Positions 36,701 through 48,113 of a DNA stretch of 64,000 bases are shown here, piece after piece (position 1 is the stretch's first letter; every line of letters starts with the position of its first letter). This stretch comes from Marsupella aquatica. Its lineage: Eukaryota > Plantae > Marchantiophyta. A model generated the notes under the pieces. It was not told the origin of the DNA. It saw only the letters and a program-made list of their open reading frames with translations, and made no database searches. The position numbers were made by a program, and so were the translations under genes. Location of the stretch: positions 17,844,754-17,908,753 of the forward strand of contig OZ316896.1 in NCBI GenBank assembly GCA_973895155.1. The letters are read 5' to 3'.

Positions 36701-39669
36701 CTTATAACTTTTCCACTGACCACCAACAAACCTCGTCATTAGTTAACTTTTTCAAAATGCCACCAACAAACCTCGTCATTAGTTAAATGACCTTGTGCTC
36801 GTCCATCCACATTGATAGCAGCAATGTCCTACAAATCCCAACTCACAAGTCATTCTTAGTTTCAAAACCCAATTTCTACATGTAGCCCTGTCCATGATCA
36901 AAGTGGAATATTACTCAATATCAGTGACGTCTTGAGAAAATTCAACAGCATGGGAGACCTCCTTGGTCTACAGCATGCAGCATTCAATAATGGTCATCAT
37001 ACAAAACCCTGGGCAATTCGATGATGCAGTGCATGAAAACTCTCAGATAAAGACCATACTTTTCAAACTCACCTTCACATCATTGTCAATGCAGTTATCT
37101 GATGATAGCAAAAGGAAGGCCCTTCTTGGGTGATCCCACATCCTGAGGCCGTATTCCACTTCATTTGATGCTATTTTCCTCCCAAGGCTCAAAAGCTGCT
37201 CATGCATGCCGCAAGTTAGAGTATCAGCGAACTGAGTATCTTCCCAGACCAACGATAAGTCAAGAAGATGTTGCCACAGAGTCTCCTGCAGCCCATTTGT
37301 CGTGATGCTCCATGCTGCCTTTGCCGTAGCTAGAGGTTCCCGATGGAACACTGTCGCACAATCAAGGAACATGTGTTTTTCCTCGAGATCTAAACCATCA
37401 AAACTTATCCGAAGCTTACTCCACAACTTCTCATCAAATCCACGGACAGAATCTGCCCTGTCCAGTATAGAGATCGCTTCCATCCAAATCGCCACAGGTT
37501 TTTTATACAGATGCTTCCCGATGACTTCCAGAGTCAAAGCCAGCCCACTGCACTTTCTCACAACAATGTCTATGTGTTCCTCAAACGAAGGAGAAGCTTC
37601 TTGCCTAACAGCATGGGCCAAGAAAAGTTTCCTTGCATCTTCTTGGCTTAGAAAGGGCATAGGGTGCACTGCCTCCAAGCATTGATCTAGAAATTCCCTA
37701 TCTCTGGATGTTACCACAAAGCGACTGTCTTCATGGATACCAATGTTTCCAATCAAGGTTGACAGTAGCGTAATGTGTTTTTCCGAAGCCACATCATCGA
37801 GAACCAACAATAACTGTTTCCCCTCCAAGAACTCTAACCCACCATCCTTCTCTGTGAACCTCCTTCCTATATGATGCATGTTCCTTAAAACCATACCCTC
37901 AACATCGTGCTCACTATAATTCTTCACCTCCCCAACGAAACAGGTGTACTCGTAAAGATGCTGGATATCATTGAATAACGCCTTGGCCATGGTGGTCTTT
38001 CCAATCCCTCCCATACCGGTCAAGCCCAAACTAGTGACCGTCTCAAGCTTGTGTTTCAGTTCTTTCATGACATTATCAATACCAATCGTTGATTTGGGTA
38101 AAGATTGACGGTTCTGAGGCCTGACTGGTCTCTGTAATCCAACAATGAATACAAAGAAAATCTAAAATAAGCACCGGTGGACACAAAGCGACATAGCACT
38201 ACCTTCTGTATTAAGTACACCAAAAATATGAGAGATAATTTGACTTCACGTACCTTCCAAGTAATGGAAACTCCACGCAGGAAGCTGGACAAGGACTTGC
38301 ATGTTCTTGAGATTTTTTATTTTGGCCGACAGATTGATATGTGATCAGCCTCTGGCACGATAACAAAGGTGTCTCCATATCTTGACGATCCCTCCGGTAC
38401 AATTACCGGTGTTTTAAATGTGCTCTGCGCACATACAAGCAAAGAAGCAAGTGACGATCCAATGAATGAAGCATCTACAATATCCTTCACACAAATTACT
38501 CTTGATCAACTCCCTTATATGCTACTTAGATGACTTAGTACTAAACTAGGTGGTATCCATAGAAACGAAACTGTTACTGCGCATTGCCTTCTTCTATCAG
38601 TTCTATGGAATGAACTGAAACAAATTAGTCAACAATCGAGAAAATGTTTTACCGTCTATAAGTAATATCTGATCATTGATTTGCTTTAGAAATAATTGGA
38701 AGCTGTCAGAAATCTTCAATATATTTCCATTTCATAAGATTGAGAGTGAATGCCCCGTACCAGATGGGTAGGTAAACCTTCTCCTACTCCTGCCGTCTGC
38801 CAAGCGCACTGCTTTCGTAGCTTTTCAAAATCTTCATGCAATCTTGCTGCGGAAGTACTCAGGACTTTCACATATTTCAACAAGGGTTCATTTGTTTTGC
38901 TCACAAAATACTCGGAAATTTGTCCTGAAATCCCATGATGAGGGGTGGAGTAGAAAAATGCCCCCTTGATATTTTCCAGAAAGGTTTTGTGCTTGGAGCT
39001 ACCCATGCTGCCTCTCTTATGTGCTTGAACACACACTTCCTTCACTACAAGGCCCCCAAAACTGTGTCCTACCAATACTATGGGACAGTGGGGATCTTGC
39101 GCAATATTTGCCTCTAGCAAATCAGAAATAATATTTTCCCCTATGACGTAGAGGTCAAAGCTTCCTTCTTGGTTGCTTTTCATCAAGCTCGCATTATACT
39201 CAACAGAAAGGATGTGAGCATCGGGGTACTGGTCGTCATCAACCAACCAAGTCTGGAGCCATGTGGATGATCCATCCTCTCGTCCATCGTCAGTTGTCCA
39301 TGTTGACAAATGGGCATTTTCATAATTTCCATGCTGAAAGCCGTGAAAAAACAAGACCACCATGCTAGTACGGCCATTCGGTTTGTAAAGTTCAAAGAGA
39401 GATTCATTCAGCTGTAAAACCCAAGCACGCCAACGTACCGTAGGCATAGAAATTAGCTGTATAGATTGGATAAAACAAAAAAAAACTGAAACCTCGGAAA
39501 AACTAAAATACTCATGATCATTGAGATAGATCTTCAGATTGCATACTGTCCAAAGTATCAATCTCTAAACAGAACGGGCATTTCCAAACAGGTTCAGGTC
39601 GAGGTCAGTGCCGTAAGATACCTGACTAATTGTGTTATTGGTGCGACTAGAAGAGCCCCTTTGAGCCAT
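33765..39669 (-). pseudogene. HNL copy 3: alpha/beta-hydrolase-NB-ARC-ZZ-LRR with an in-frame TAA in exon 3
   Basis: Exons on the minus strand: 39669-39622, 39411-38761, 38424-38254 (TAA at 38319-38317 where copy 2 has TCA), 38131-37073 (NB-ARC, MHE), 36828-36772, 36172-36098, 36023-35784 (ZZ), possibly 35204-35148, and 34493-33765 (LRR). Confidence 0.87.
35784..36023 (-). CDS. ZZ-type zinc-finger exon (NBR1-like) of HNL copy 3
   Basis: 240 nt, phase 0/0. Encodes HKYIHCDECRIKPIQGPRFKSMVQYDYDLCVGCFEKGGHRKDQYVRIDVPI with all four Cys retained. Confidence 0.85.
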
Positions 39670-39936
39670 AGCGGTTGCTTAGAATTTTTGGAAACTTGTT
39701 CTGGTAACTAGACATCAATTTTGCAGTTATCTCCAGAGTGGACGTACGTGCTGTGCCGAGCCTCAAAATGCTTAGGTAGCTACAAAACATTCAATTCCAC
39801 AAATTAATCATGGCCGGCAAGAACGAAAGGGATCCCAGACAGAAACCAATAGTAGGCTCCGCATCAGCTTGCATTGACTTGAGCACGTCTGATGTGAGAG
39901 AATTCGCCCGAGTTCTCAGACCTGCGGGAGATGTGG

Positions 39937-40176
39937 AGCCACTGTCAGGTACCCCACCGGTCCTTGTTCACGGCCGGTCAGAAGGAGTGTGCCACTCCCT
40001 GCGCTGCAGTAGGTAAATCGTTGGTTTGGTACTTGTTCCGGCACTTCGACCTTTGGTCCCCCCAGGTGACGCCCCCCTTTTGTGGACCACCCTTGTCCCT
40101 TTTGTGGGCCACCGCCCACCAATGTTGTAAGCTGGATTTTTGAATTAAATTCAATTGATTTTTTTAAGGAAAAAAA
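39937..40176 (+). mobile_element. 5'-truncated LINE 3' end inserted ~270 bp upstream of the copy 3 start codon
   Basis: Similar to the reverse complement of 43690-43935 (ccttgttcac.ggccggtc, tttgtgggccacc, tttttgaat.aaattcaattg), ends in an A-tail, flanked by direct repeat GGGAGATGTGG (39926-39936, 40179-40189). Absent at the paralogous site of copy 2 (~21690). Confidence 0.8.
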
Positions 40177-41107
40177 TGGGGAGATGTGGGTAACATTTTC
40201 CAAACTAAAGATGTAATTATATTGGAATTTAATTGTGGTGGCTAATTGTCCTTTTGCTATTTGGATGCCTCTAATTGGGGATAGTGTGTAGAACTTCCTG
40301 GAAACAATAGCAGCACAGGCGGATTTGTGGCGTGGGCAAGAAAGCTAGCGATGCCTTCCTAATCTGTCCTTGTAGATTCTGCTTTCAAGAATGGCTACAA
40401 ATTCCCAACTCCACATAACTGCTATATTCATCACTGTCGTGGGTGGAGCAAGGATTCGGTCGAGGGAAGTCACGGAAAGAACATAAGCCGGAAGAAATGA
40501 CACCTTAAGTGCAGATATGCAAGTAAGTTACGTCTCAACGAAGCTAAAGAATATGAAATGAGCTAGATTTTGCTAAATAGAGAAGTGACGAAACAAGGGT
40601 TGAGCTATTGATTTCAGAGCAATCAATGAGTTATGGCGGGAGCAAGGATTCGGTGGAGGGGAAGTCGATCATGCGGAGAACGTTATAGGTATATACGTAA
40701 TAGAGCCCAAAAAAACCAAAACATAAGCGAAGGGAACTAAAGTTACATGATCTTAACAAAGACAGATGCTAATGAGCTAAATTTTGCTAAATAGGTAAGA
40801 GACGAAACAAGGACGTGTGATTTGATAGAGCCATCAATGAGGGTTATTAGCATGAAACCATCACTTAGGTAGAAAGGCGCCCTTACCAGGAGCACTCACT
40901 CATTGACAAATGACAGCGCTGAACCTGCTGAGAGAAGAGGCGATCCACTGGACCTTGCTTCAGGATTTTGCAAAGTCCATTGCTATATATGAACTCTCTC
41001 CGCAGGAGTGGATCAACTGAACAAGCTCTGCAGATCTGCGGCTATCCAAATCGATGATGGTGGCCTCTAGCCCACTCGTGGCCAACCTACCCAATTTTAT
41101 TTTTTCA

Positions 41108-43231
41108 CTTGCTCAATACCCGTGTGTTGCACAAAAGATGTGGTGAAGAAAAACGATATTGTATAGCCCAAGATGTCCTTAAAAGAAAGATGTCATGACG
41201 CTCAAGATGTTGTTAAGAAAATAGATGTCATGGCGCCCAAGTTATCGTTAAGAGAAAAAATGTTGTGTTTCCCAAGATGTTGTTATGTGAAAGATATCAT
41301 AAAATAAAAAGCAGGATAAAAAGATCTTGTGTTACCCAAGATGTCATCATGTAAATAGATGTCGTGTCGTCAATGATGTCATTATGCCAAAGATGTTGAA
41401 TGTTAAGTATAAAGATGACATTCATTGTTGTCAAGTACAAAATGGTCAGTAAATAAAGTATGTCATTAGTCAAAAATGTTGTTAAGTAAAAGATATAATT
41501 ATGTTGTTAAGTACATCTTGGGCCCAATACCTATGATTTGCACAAAAGATGTTGAGGTGAGAAAAATATGTCAATGTGAGAAAAATATGTTGAGGGGAGA
41601 AAGAATGTCTAGGGTGAGATAAAGATGGCAAGGCTGGTGAGAAAAAATGATAAAATGAGAAAACAAAAAATATATGTCGAGGTGAAAAAAGATCTAGAGG
41701 TGAGGAATATATCAAGATGAAAAAGATCTTGAGGTGAAAAAAGATCTCAAGGCTAGGTGAAAAAAAATGTCAAGATGAGAAAAAGATGCCAAGATGAGAA
41801 AAAGATCTTGAAGTGAGAAAAAATATCTTCATTGGTGAAATCAAGATGTCAACGTAGGAAAAAGATGGTGAAATGAGAAAAAGATGTCAAGGCAAAGAAA
41901 ATTTGTTGAGGGGACATCTATCTGTAAATAAAGATGTCAAGGCACTGCAAAAAATAATAAACTTTATGTTGTAGTTGTTTAGACATGTTATATGTGATTG
42001 TGAGCAATCCATACAATAGTTGTGGATGTGTTATTTCACATGTGCGTTGCATATAGAAATTGGAGACGCGAGATAATGACCACCACATCATAGAGACCAA
42101 GCGTATTTGAGTGGTCACATGAAAACCTGTGTTTTTTTAAAAAGTTTTTAGAAAAAGACATATTTTCAATATATTTTATTTATATTCAAATATATTTATA
42201 TATTAATAAATTGAATTAGTTTTTAATTAGGAATTTCATTGTGACAGGTATGGGAAGGCTAAAGGGTAGCTTGGGCGAGAACTTATTTAGAAAAGGTGTA
42301 TAGATAGATCTGATGGTGTGAAGAAATTACAATTTTGATGAACAGTCAAGATTGATTCACATTTTTTTTTAGGTTTGTAAAGGGTTTCCATCCATATTAA
42401 AATGGTAAAGGGAGGTCTCCTTGATACTGGTGCATTGCTAAAGTCTCTCTCTCCATTCACTTTGTATTATTAGATTCTTTTTTGATTGGAAACAGTGCAC
42501 TACAATTCATTCACACTATATTCATTTTTCTTTCTCTTTTATTCCTTCTTGTTGCTTACATTCTTTCCTGCTTTTTGGGGGGCCCACTATAAATTTGAAA
42601 GGCAACCACGATATAAAAACGTGCAACTGAAGTTTATTTTATTTATGTTCAAATAAATTCAAATATATTTTTATATGAATAAATTGAATTAGTTTTCAAT
42701 TAAGTATTTCATTATGACAAGTATGGGAAGACTAAAGGGTAGCTTGGGCAAGAACTTATTTAGATAGGGTGCATGGATAGATTCAGGTGTGAAGAAATTA
42801 ATATTTTGATGAGCAGTCAAGATTGACTCACACTTTTTTTTTATTTGTAAAGGGATTCGATCTTTATTATAGTGGTAGATGGTAAAGGGAGGTCTCCTTG
42901 ATACTGGTGCATTGCTAAAGTCTCTCTCCATTCACTTTGTATTATTTATTAGATTCCTTTTTGCTTGGAAATAGTGCACTCCATTTCATTCATATATTCA
43001 TTTTTATTTTTTTTATTCCTTCTTATTGGTTGCATTCTTTCTTGTTTTTTACTTTGTATTATTGGATTTCTTTTAGCTTGGAAATAGTGCACTCCATATT
43101 CATTCACATTATATTTTTGTTTTATTCCTTCTTGTTGGTTACATTCTTGCTTGTTTTTTTGGGGGCCCACTGCAAAATTGAAACACGACCACGCTGTAAA
43201 AAGGCGCAACTGTGTTTATTATAGAAGTTAA
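41108..43231 (-). mobile_element. Non-autonomous Helitron
   Basis: Inserted between A and T with no TSD relative to the empty site in copy 2 (ggaaa|tgaaaaaa, ~20755). The minus strand starts TTAACTTCTATAATAA and ends gtgcaacacacgggtattgagCAAG (hairpin plus CTAG-like end). Internal AAGATGTC sub-repeats (41137-41945) and a ~480-bp direct repeat (42175-43220). Confidence 0.75.
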
Positions 43232-43689
43232 TTTCCAATTCTTTTCCCCAAGATTCGTCCACTGACGAGTTCATGGCCTGCCATGCAATGTACCCACATA
43301 CTACAGTACGTGTGTGACGATACAATAATAAAAAATAATTTTGCTTGACATGCACGAAAGTATGCCGACTTGTGGGCAGATTTTCGTTTGTGTGTTGAAA
43401 GGAGTGTTTTGTTTGAAAGAGTAATAAACCTGAATTGATATATTAGTATACAGTGTAAATTGACTCGAGTTGTGTGATTGACGAGGTTGAGATTGAATCG
43501 AACCTGTCCAATTGACGAGAGATTCAGTCTAAGCAGTCTGATGTCGACAAAGAGTGAGTTGCTTTATTTGTTTGCAAACACCACCTACGACTGATAAGTT
43601 ATGTTTGGGCTCTGTAGTAGGCTAGTGTGTGCTCGGTTGACTTGGCCTGGCACCGTGGTCCATGGCCATCCAGGTCAATCTGCTTTCTT

Positions 43690-46600
43690 TCTTTTTTTGC
43701 CTCGAAAAAACCAATTGAATTTCATTCAAAAAGCCAACATACAATGGGGGTGGCCCACAAAGGGGGTCGGCACCCAGGTGGACCCGGAGGTCATTAAGCC
43801 ACACAAGCCGGGGGGGCCGGCACCAGGGAAGAAGCAATCCCAGAATGGGAGCTAAACAAGAAATTTAACAACTGCAGAAGGAGCGGCAAAACCCCCAAAG
43901 ACCGGCCAGTGAACAAGGAACCGGCAGGGTACCCATCAGTGGATCCGTGATAGAGTCGCAAAAAAAAACTATCGGCCTAACCTGCAGCAAAGCTCCCCAA
44001 CCTGAACACATAGGTGATTCATGGCGGGCGTGGGGGAACTGGTGGCACTTGGAGTATCTCCTCGTGGATATCCCACAGCCCAACCCAGGTCCCATAGTTG
44101 ACAGACATGTCATTGAACGCAGCTACAAAAGAGGACTTGCCAGACTGAATTCTGGACTTGTGATTAGACCAATTTCGACGGAGGTACACACTGAGGCGGT
44201 GCCAAGACATCTGAATTACTGTCCTCGCCTTCGATCTAGTAAGTTCGATGCAATGTGAGTTGCGATCCTTCCAAATGTACCAGCAAGTAATGGCCCGTAG
44301 GGTATGCCATAATTTCTCTGGTACATCCCAGAAATCAGGCAGAGGAGCCCCAACAAAAATGTGAGCCGGTTGGAGTTGAATGCTACTTTTGCTGGTGGTT
44401 GCCGCCTTCTGTAGAACGTACTGGACCCATGACCAGACTGATTCTGAGACTGGGCAACTCCATATGCAATGAACCAGGTCTTCGTGCTGATTAAGAGTAC
44501 ATCTAGTGCACCATGTGTTGGGATCTGTCGGTGGAAGAGTCGGTAGGCGCCAGTGATGTGTAGCTGGTATCCTGTAGATTAATTGCCATAAGAAACAATT
44601 CTCATTCGCAACCCTGTAAGGAATCCAAGTATTAGCCCACAACATCTTCAGGTTGGGGGTCCAATTCAGTTGAATTGCCTACTTCCTTACCGCCTTGTGA
44701 GTTGTTGTCTGAGTGGGCCCTGGATCTCCCTGAGATGAGCAGTGTTAGTCTCCAGGAATGGAGTTCCGTCCTTCCATTCATATTGGAGTAGCATAGCCAA
44801 TAGATTGGTTGGTCGCCCAATGCGCAAGTGATGGGGGCCAGTGGTCCTGTGGGATCTGGTCACCACACAATGTAAGGTTGTGTCTGATGGGGGGGCTAAT
44901 GTAGCAATCTTATGCAGGACCCCATTCATGACCTTGAAGGTTCTGACTGGTGTGGAAATGTCACAAAACTGTTGCCACCATGATGTGATGTGATTGCGTT
45001 GTACCTTGAATTCCCAAATGAATAGGGTTCCACAAGGAAGCTTAGCTTCCATGAACACTGGGATCCTCTGCCTAGGGTTCCGGTGGAGTTCGGGTACACT
45101 GACCAAATTCCCAATCAATTTCCTATACGCATGGGCGCAGTTGCCCGGTAGCAACCTGCTTGGACCATCCTCCCACCTTAGGAACACGCCACCAACTCCT
45201 AGCACGTCCTTCATGTGTACAAACCCTGCCCTGGATATCCTTCTTTGAGGGTTTCGCGAACACTTAGCTTGGCTGGGTTGGATATGATTGAGGTGGGGTC
45301 TCCAGAGGGGGAGGTGCAGCCACCCCTCCAAGTGGCCAGGAGCCGTATGTCTGAGATTCTTCTTGATCACATTCCAACCGTTACAGATGTTGCGCCAGAC
45401 CTGTGATCCATCCTTAGGTAGCGTATGGCACTGTGAGACCACCCAGGAGAAGTCCGCAGTTCCCCACTTCTGCTTCGACAGCATCTTGATTTTGTACTGA
45501 AGTATACGCCGTAGCGGGTGGTCTTCCTCGGCTAGGGCCCAAAGAATGAAATTTCCAGTGAGCGCCCGAACCTGTGCAGCAAGGGAGATCAAACCGAGTC
45601 CACCAAATTTCTTTGGTCTAGTTATGGTAGCAAAATTAACCCTGGGCCTAGCCTTCTCATTCTGCCCTGCCCATATGAAGGCGGTAATCTTCTTCTGAAG
45701 GGTATCAATAGTGCGTTGTTGCCCTGCCCATACTGTTAGCATAAACCAGAGAGAACTCACAACAAGGTGATTGACAACGGTGACTCTGGCAGCAAGGGAC
45801 CCTGCACTCTTCCTCATTTTATCTAGCCGCGACTCCAATTTTTCCGAGAGGGAGAGGATCATTTGTTGCTCCGATATGCCTCTAGCAAAGGGGATTCCAA
45901 GGAGCTTGGTGGCAGTAGTCGTATCCTCCCATTGCCAAGGCAGTCATCGAAACTCTATGGGCATCCTTCTAGGAGAAATAAAGGCAGCCTTGGTCTTTTC
46001 CGAAACACAGAACAGGCCTGAAGCCATACCAAACAAATCCAAGATTCTGCAACTTGCTTCAACAAATTCAATTACAGCCTGGATGATCATAGCTAGGTCG
46101 TCGGCAAAGAGATTATGGACGCAGTGTACACCAACCGCTTCAAAAATTACACCCTAGATGCATCCTCTATTGGTCTCCCATAATATCATCCTGCTAAGAG
46201 CGTCGATGGCAATAAGGAATAACAGTGGTGACAGGGGGCATCCTTGGCGAACAGATCTGGCTAGGCTGAAGGGGGCAGTCATTTTACCATTCAGGAGGAT
46301 GGACGAAGTTGCCGAAGCCTGCGTGGCCTGCAAAAATTGGAGAAGTAACCCATCAAAGCCCACCTTCTGTAGCAGCGCCAACAGAAAACTCCACTCCAAC
46401 TTGTCAAATGCTTTAGTCACGTCCAACTTCATGAGGATGAAGTCCATTCCCGTGGATTCCGCCTGGTGTATGGCCTCATTAAGAAGGAGAAGTGAGTGAT
46501 GTATATTCCTCCCTGGGAGGAATCCCTGGGAGGAAAGCAAATTGTTGGGGTGTGATGAATCTTTGGAGAATCGGGGTGAGACGCAATTGAAAAGCCTTGG

Positions 46601-46840
46601 CGCCAATTTTATAAATCACATTGAGCAAAGTAATGGGCCGCTTGTTGGTAAGGAGTCGTTGGTCGTCCTTCTTACACAGGAGGACAATGAGGCCCTTGGT
46701 GAAATCGGGTAAAAAATGGCCCTCCGCAATCCCAAGGAGCAACGCCCTGTGCAAAGTGGTACCAACTGATTGCCAATTGGCCACAAAAAATTCAACGGGA
46801 ACCCCGTCGGGGCCCGGACACTTATTTTTGGCCAAAGCAG
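43690..46840 (-). mobile_element. 5'-truncated, inactivated L1-like LINE (reverse transcriptase plus zf-RVT)
   Basis: Minus-strand peptides KCPGPDG, RPITLLNVIYKI, KLDVTKAFDKLEW, VRQGCPLSPLLF, GGLGL and CTRC..EDLVHCIWSC, with an A-rich tail at ~43690. Frameshifts include a ccctgggagga duplication at ~46510-46535, and there is a stop at 46154-46156. Confidence 0.93.
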
Positions 46841-47483
46841 ATGCAGTTTATTGATGTACTCTATTTGGCCTTTTCCTGTAAAAAGTATGTGTATATTTTC
46901 TTTTCATTTGTGCATTTCCATACTTGGTTGTTAATTGGCCTGGGAAAATGTCAAATTACCAAGAGATTCTCCTACCTGGGTGGGACCATTCTGCCTTGTG
47001 TATATAGACGTGAGACTACAGTATCTAACTGCACCATGTATAAGTGCAATCCTGGGTATGTGGCAGGCCAGCTCTCCTTTCCCACCCTTTCTTTTGTAAA
47101 ATTGCAATTTTCTTGCACTTTTTTACACGTGTTTCCCTAACTGCACTAAACTAAAAAGCACCTAAGTAAAAGATCCCTCTATAATTGTATATATGCAGTT
47201 AGCGATAACCACTACATAGATATTACCCATTGATAAGCACCGTAGGTTTCACATAGTAGTTATGCGGCAAAGTAATGTGCCAAAGAATAGAGGAAGGACA
47301 GCATGGACTGGACACATACAAAACTTTGAATGGCTGGCCAGCAGGAATCGAAGGTGCACATAGCACTGGAAATGTGAGGTGCAGTTGTCGATGACTGCAA
47401 ACTTTTCAGAATTGGCACAATGGCCTAGTGCAGTACACAAAGTCGGCTGTAGATGGTGGCCTGCACTCCCAAGTTGCAAACAT

Positions 47484-48113
47484 AGAAAAGCAGATTGACC
47501 TGGATGGGCATGGACCACAGTGCCAGGCCCAGTCAATCGAGCACACACAAGCCTACTACAGAGCCCAAACTTAACTTATGAGAGTCGTAGGTGGTGTTTG
47601 CAAACAAATAAAGCAACTCACTCTTTGTCTACATCAGACTGTTTAGACGTACTGAATCTCTCGTCAATTGGACAGCTTCGATTCAATCTCAACCTTGTCA
47701 ATCAGACAACTCGAGTCAATTACCCTGTATACTAATATATCAATTCTGGTTTACTTAAAATCTTGGATTTATTACTCTTTCAAACAAAACACTCCTTCAA
47801 CACACAAACGAAAATCTGCCCACAAGTCGGCATACTTTCGTGAATGTCAAGCAAAATTATTTTTTATTATTGTATCGTCACACACGTACTGTAGTATGTG
47901 GGTCCATTGCATGGCAGGCCATGAACTCGTCAGCGGACGAATTGGGGAAAAGAATTCGAAATTAACTTCTATAATAAACATAGTTGCGCCTTTTTACAGC
48001 GTGGTCGTGTTTCAAATTTGCAGTGGGCCCCCCAAAAAACAAGCAGGAATGTAACCAACAAGAAGGAATAAAACAAAAATATAATGTGAATGAAAATGGA
48101 GTGCACTATTTCC
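47484..48113 (+). repeat. Inverted duplicate of ~43080-43690 (HNL upstream module plus Helitron 5' end)
   Basis: High-identity reverse complement that includes the same Helitron junction gaaa|ttaacttctataataa at 47962. Confidence 0.8.
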
